Positions 40,400-64,000 of a stretch of DNA of 64,000 nucleotides are shown here, piece by piece; the first letter of the stretch is position 1; every line of letters starts with the position of its first letter. The notes under the pieces are model-generated. The model did no database searches. It was not told the DNA's origin and saw only the letters and a program-made list of their open reading frames with translations. The position numbers and the translations under genes are program-made. The DNA is from Raillietiella orientalis. Lineage: Eukaryota. Where the stretch lies: the NCBI GenBank assembly GCA_036172245.1, contig JAYWIR010000057.1, positions 682,001 to 746,000 on the forward strand, read 5' to 3'.

Positions 40400-42600
40400 T
40401 CCTTGCCAATGCCTTCGTGAGAGACGCTAAGGACCCACTGTGAGCTCAAAAAAAGACTTTCCAGATGGCATCCATTGAGTTCGTCGCATGGCTGCTCCGG
40501 CAAAGCTGAGAAACACTTGTGTTCGCTTCCAACCAATCACTTACCGGGTCTTAGGTTCCGTTTCCTTGCAAGAGAAAAGTCATGAACGCCAAGACAAAAG
40601 CACAGTAGCGCAATGGGGCAAATACAGTGGGCTGAATCCAAGATAGCATTGCTCTAGTAAAAACGTGGTCACTTTCCCAAGACATTCCTGGCTACAACCG
40701 GTATGTCGGCGAAAACCTCGTGCTGGGTTTCGCGGTTGAGGAGTTCGGCACCGTGGACCACGGGATGCTGCTAGAGAAACTGGACTTCCCGAGATTCTTC
40801 AGCCAGTACCTAGAGAGTGTCCTCGCAACATTTCAAGATTTCCATCAACGAGGAGGATGCGGGCACAGTTCGAGTGAAGAAGAGAATGCTCCAAGGAGAC
40901 GCCCTCAGTCCGACGTTGTTTCGCGATCTTCATGGAAGCTGTGTCAATCGCTGACCTAGACCTGACAGCGGAGACCACCTTCAAGGAGTCTCGATTGAGG
41001 AGGAAGGATAGACGGACACAACTGGAGTATGCGGCGCATGAGGACACACCTGACGATCTTCTCTTCCTCTTGAGTCCCTTCTTCAGGACGAGAGAGATCA
41101 GCATGCGTCCCTGGGTGTAGTCAAGTTCATGGAAAAAGCCTTAGACCTTGAGATCAATGCATTGAGTCCCAGCTGATGCTCAATCGGAACCCTGGACTCC
41201 TTCGCGCTGAGCGGAGATGGAATTGCGAGTGATGAAAGACATCGAGTGCCTGAGACTTTGCATCGGCGACGCATCGGCTGTGCAGTTTTTGCTGGATACA
41301 ATCAGAGGAAAAGTAAGGAAAGCAGCAGCAAAGCACACCTGGGTTGAATTCGGCGTGGAAAAGAGCTCCAAATTGCAGAACAGCGTGCTCAAATGGGGCT
41401 CTTTGGGGAAGGCTTCTTCCTGATTGACAGGAAGATACGGAAAGAAGTGGAACAGCCACAGAAGAAGCTTCTGGGGAGAGAATTAGAACCTCAGGCTAGG
41501 CTCAGACTCTTGTGCTGCCTAAGGAAGGAAGGTGAGAACGGGATCAAGTCTCAGGAACACTCCGTGGCAGCCATGTACATGCGAAGACTCCTGAATCCCG
41601 CTTTGGAATGGGGCAGGAGGCCATTTACGGCTCTCAGAAGTCACTCGGAGCTGCTGAACAACTCGAGTGGCCTGATGTCAGCCCTGATCGGTAGAGCTGG
41701 AGTGACATCTACCCATTTTAAGAAGAAAGCAAACACTGGTGAGGATTCACCAGTTCACATTAGTGGCTCGCAACAAGGAAGTGCGGAAAGAAGAACTGGC
41801 CTCGGGGACGGACTCCTGTCCTCCTTCCCGTTCCACGGAAACGAAGCTGGGAAAGTGGACACTCCAGAGACCCAGCCTGAAATCTGGTGATAGCGAACAC
41901 CTACACCAGCAGTGGGAACTTACACCCAGTGCGACTGTTCCTTTACTACCAGTAAATAATTAGACGATTTGCACACAGGACACGCGGAATGTGGAAGAAC
42001 CAAAACAACTGCGCGTAGTTCAAGGTCATGAAGAAAACTCTCCGGAAACTCATCTCTCGAAAAGGAAAAGTAAGCGAAGTTCTCGCCAAGCCTGCCAGCC
42101 TCCAAGCAATCCGCAACTTGAAACCACAACCTAGAATCCTCAAGAGACAGTCTGAAGATGTGACCTACCACTAGGCACTCAGGATGACCTCCTCTTATGT
42201 TTTCTACGGAAGAATCTTGAGTGGTTCGTGGATCAAACATTGGACAAGCAACATTCGAGGTGAACTCTACTGAGTGTGGGCGGCTTAGAAAACTCATTTG
42301 CACGTCTGTACCTGCCCAATGATGCTCCAGGATTGGACAACGCTGAATGGCGTATTGGAAGACCTGCAGATGATTTCGTGGATGACGATCTTGCTGAGGT
42401 TGTTTGAAAGAAATGGCAGCATTCCCTCGACCCCCGATACAATCTCACCCTAACGACTGCCTTCTTAATCACAAGTGTTGTGGAGGGCAGAAATGAGAAA
42501 ATCAGGAAGAGTGACGCCTGGCATGGAGATATCCTGAACGGAGTAAGGAATTCGGAGGGAGATTGACTGTGACCGAACCCCAGCCTGGATGCATCATCTT
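40400..42600 (+). mobile_element. Highly decayed LINE RT region (L1/Tx1-like)
   Basis: EEFGTVDHGMLLEKL (KAFD.V.H), LQGDALSPTLF, PDDLLFL, and a GGLG-like KEGENG, spread over several frames with stops. Confidence 0.6.
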
Positions 42601-43144
42601 GAAAAAGATTGAGGACACTGACTAGGCGAGAGCAATGCCCAAGATCTCCTAGTAACCAGATTTCGGTGACACAAAATCCCGATTTCACCATAGCGCGGCG
42701 CTTGGTGCATCTAGGACAAAGAAAGAAAGAAAGAAATCTGCTGCGCTTTGTGCAGCTGCTGTTGTTTTTGCATGCAGATCGCGCGACCCTCCGCTTGCCG
42801 GACTCAGGACAATGTGGCCGCTTTCCGAGGAACTCATTCATCTGAAAAAAATCAAATGGAGTAATCGGTCAAGATGAATTCGAAATGTGTCGTGTCTATC
42901 AGAGCAAGCCGATATCAACGAATCGACAGAATATGAAAGATGAAAATGCCGTGGTGAAATGGCGGAATTTATTTGTATTTGCCAGACTTTCACTTGAAAT
43001 TTGCATACGGAGTGGTTTGCCGACAGATGACGCTGCAAATGAACTACAGCAGAAATCATCAGAAACTCTTCTTGTCTAGTGAATTTCTGGAAAACTAGCT
43101 GATCCGTTGATGGGAGAGCGTTTTGCATCCAGCCTTTCCCTTTC

Positions 43145-60662
<17,518 letters not shown>

Positions 60663-61939
60663 CAAGAAGTCCTGAGGATGGTCCTGCTCCAGAGCTCTTC
60701 AGCATCAAACACCTTGGGGCGAGATTCGTCAGGTGCGCAAACAGCTCAGAAAGACAGATAGCATCGCGCAGACCAACCACCAGTCTCCGATCTTGCTAGC
60801 ATCCTTCTTAGGAAGATAGGGGAAGAAGAAGAATTGAAACAAGTGAATAGGCACCAACCGATTTCTATGTTGCACGGATGTGTTCTGTCCAAGGGTTAGA
60901 AGCACATCCAGTGACTAGCAAAACTCCAGTCATCATTGTCCGATTGCCTTCCAGGGAGCACTGGAGCCAGGCTCGAATGCAACTGACCACGCCTGTCCCT
61001 GGCACAAGCAGAGATCCCCCCCCCCCACCTCGAGTAAAAGTGAAATGATTCACAATGATGCAGAGCAAGGGCAAAAGACAATAGCTCGGAAACAGTCTTT
61101 CACAACATGTACTTGACTCCACTTCCCTGGAAGAGTTCAGGAATGCAAGCGCAGAGGGAGCACGTCAAGGACACTCGAGAAGTGGGGGTGCTCAGGAAAA
61201 CGGACTGGAACGAGCAGGATATGGACAGGTTCGTCATATTCCCGGGCTAGGACACTCTGCACCTCCCCCAATATCTTCCCTTTCGCTCTTCGTTGAGGAC
61301 TAGCAGCTATAGAGGCTGCGTGCGACTCTGCGTCGCAAGGCGAGTGCGGTGAGTTGGCTCAGGCGGGCACGCGTCAGGCGCCACATCCCGAACCCTCGAC
61401 AAGGACCGCCTTTGTCGTGCGTGATCGTGTCACCTAGTCACCAGTCGCTGACAAACATCCTTCCGTGAATCAGACGCGGTTTCCCTCCGTGCTCTTTGTG
61501 ACAATTTACCAGCCGCTCCTTCTGCTGATGAGATCGATAACTCGCTTCCCTTGGAAGAAGTACCTTTGCCCGGCTCGTTGGCTTGGAAAATAGAAGGCAA
61601 AACGTGGAAGAATGCAAAGTCTTTACGTTTTGTCTTTACTTCGCTTCCTTGTGAAACTGCCGAGGGCGTCAGGAAATGCCATGAAATTGGATTTCAAGAA
61701 TTCGGCAGCGTGCATAGGGCAACGCTTTTCACCGTAGAGTTCCAAAGAACTGCATAACAGGGCATTCTGTGTTCAATTTCAGGATGTTTTCATATCCACT
61801 GAATTAGGAAAAATGGAATCTCTTTCCGTAGGTTATCGATCAGAATATTGGACGAGGTTCCAGAGTATCGGTTCCTTCCGCGGTCATTGCACACAACATT
61901 AAGAAAATGACTGCATATTCAGAGATCTTGATCAATAAC

Positions 61940-62700
61940 TCGTATGACGATGAATGTTAAGGGAATTCTGTCCAATGCTATGGAATCATGAAGATGCTAT
62001 TTACCTTCTTTAGATTCATGCTGTGTTTGTTGAACTCTGCAATCAGCCGCCCTTTCTTTTCGTGTAGCATTCTTACACCCTGTTCCGCTTCCCACCAGCT
62101 CATATTACTCCACAAACATTTCTTCAGAGGTGCAAATGGCAGGCATCCGGCTCTTCCTATCAGACGAAAATCGCGGAGAATTCCAGCAAGTCGTCTCGTG
62201 TAACAGAAATTTGGGCATGGGGTAGTTAGAGGTACGAGAAAACTTGGTCTTCCAGCCATAACAGACAAGGATCGCTCTATCGGTTTGGATGCCACCCTAA
62301 GCTGAGAGAAAGTACATGGAAGCAGGGAAAAATTGACAACGAACCAAAAAGCTTTGGTGAGTGCAGATCAGCAGAAAGGTAGAGTGAAGAAAGAAATCAT
62401 CTCTTCCCTCGAAGGAAACAGAAAAGATCAAACGTACGCCCGGGACAGAGATTTTCAAGCAGCCAGGGAAGGTTTTCAGGGCAAAGGTCTTAATACAGAC
62501 AGAAAAGATGGCAGTCTGACGGAGGTGCATGGTGGGATCAAATGGCATCGGGATCGTCACAACGTCGCGTTTTTTGCTGGTGCCCTTGCACTCGCACAGG
62601 TGATGTAGGGCAGCCAAGAGTCTGCCTCGAGAAACCGGGAAACTTTCAAGGAAATCATCCGTTACCATAGCCTGCTTCCCGCTGAAAAATCCTCCGAGTC
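61940..62700 (+). mobile_element. Possible decayed LINE APE endonuclease remnant
   Basis: Begins TMNVKGIL (APE N-terminal xxNVxG motif); downstream motifs are barely recognisable. Confidence 0.3.
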
Positions 62701-64000
62701 AATATTGCACCTTATGCAAATTTGGTTTTCAAAAAATCTTTTGTTTTGCAACGCCAAAAAATTCCCAAGCATCCACAAATAACGAGAAGCACGGTACCCT
62801 TTCGTTATCGATGCTGAATTCTAAACAGAGGATTATTTGGAGAGACGATTGAGCTCAGAGATCTTTCGGAAATTTTGAGCAGATTTTTTTTTTTTTTGCA
62901 TCCATCTGCATTCTGGAACAGGCGTAGACTGGAAATAGACATTTCTCTGGAAACGATTTGGAAGCGCTTCTCAAGAACGGCTGGTGCTGGTTATTCTGAG
63001 GGAGTCGAATTCATCAGTGTCATAATATCCAAGTGGGTCATCGATTGCCCAAAAATGAACTCGACTTTGACTGAAGTTTCGATCTTGGAATTTCGGAATT
63101 TTCAAGGCCTCGTTGGTTGAATGTTGTTTGAAGAATCTGCCGTTGAAGCGGCACTCTTGCCCCAAGCACTCCGAGAAATCGATACAGGCAAAAAAAAAAG
63201 AAAAAAAAAACCGGAAGGGAAAAAACAGCGAAGACAGAGAAGAACCCAAAAGGATTTCCATCATCCCATATCGATAAAAGCGATACTTTGAATATGTCTG
63301 AAAGGCGTTTCCTCGTTCGACGTGTTGACAGAGGTACCAAAAGTTCAGAGAGTGATGTGTTATATACAGGATAATCTAAGTCTGCACCGACATAGAAACA
63401 GTCTCTTTTGATCCTCAAGAATTCTTCGTGAAACAAAGACTTTCTGGATGAACAACGCTATGCAAAATGAAAACAGGATGCCAAGTGTACACGAACAGCA
63501 TCAACGGAAATCTTGTCACACGTAGAAGACCAGCAGTCCTGTTGGAGGTTCGAGTCTGAGCTGCTGATCACAAAACGCCGATAAATCAGTGTTGCCACAC
63601 ACGGACGGGGTTCCTAACCTGACAGAGCACCCATTGTAACCCCTTCTTCCACCACTCGCCACCCTCAAATTCCCCATCCGAAATGGTATGTCTCCAACGA
63701 CACCCTACTGCGTCCAGAGGAATCCCATCCTGGTCCTCTGTTGTACCACTCCCCTACCCTCACACAAAAAAAGTCCCCCAAGATAAACCGTGGTGGTCGT
63801 TCCCAAATTTCTCATCCCAGAAAACAAACGGTGCTCACTACACGTCGGGTGACGCGAGTCCAAGACGCGCGTCCTCGGCTCCAAAGCACTGGAGGTCATT
63901 CCGAAAGAGAGGAATGTTTGATGCCTTTCAAAGGACGGGTGATAGGGAGGCAGATGCATCACAAAGCCTTGTTGAAAAGAGGAAGCGTAAGTCCGCGTTT

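Noticed and set aside
60699..60731. Selenocysteine or readthrough reading of the three in-frame TGAs upstream of the esterase
   Set aside because: No SECIS element identified and no precedent I can cite for this family; a UTR is the simpler explanation.
63590..64000. Possible LTR start (TGTTG...)
   Set aside because: No second LTR, primer-binding site or internal ORF within the window.

Overview
Eukaryotic (animal, most likely arthropod-type) genomic DNA, not prokaryotic. The one well-supported protein-coding gene is a minus-strand, 10-coding-exon type-B carboxyl/cholinesterase-family esterase (60662->43145). I spliced it by hand with GT-AG junctions and consistent phases to about 571 aa, with an intact Ser-Glu-His triad. 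Most of the rest is transposon-derived: two 5'-truncated R2-group (NeSL/Utopia-like, restriction-like endonuclease) non-LTR retrotransposons, many decayed L1/Tx1-type LINE fragments, six pieces of a ~700-bp repeat with a tRNA-like B-box head, an internally deleted Tigger/pogo element, and a mariner-derived MITE with ~165-bp inverted arms. The most interesting observations are a 49-bp direct repeat (apparent very long target-site duplication) around one R2-group copy, and both R2-group copies apparently sitting inside L1/Tx1 LINE remnants. The B-box repeat family also carries conserved UUCG hairpins and a conserved motif beyond its A-tract, so it may not be an ordinary SINE. I see no convincing evidence of a wholly new multi-gene system. 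All family assignments come from motif recognition by eye; no database searches were run.
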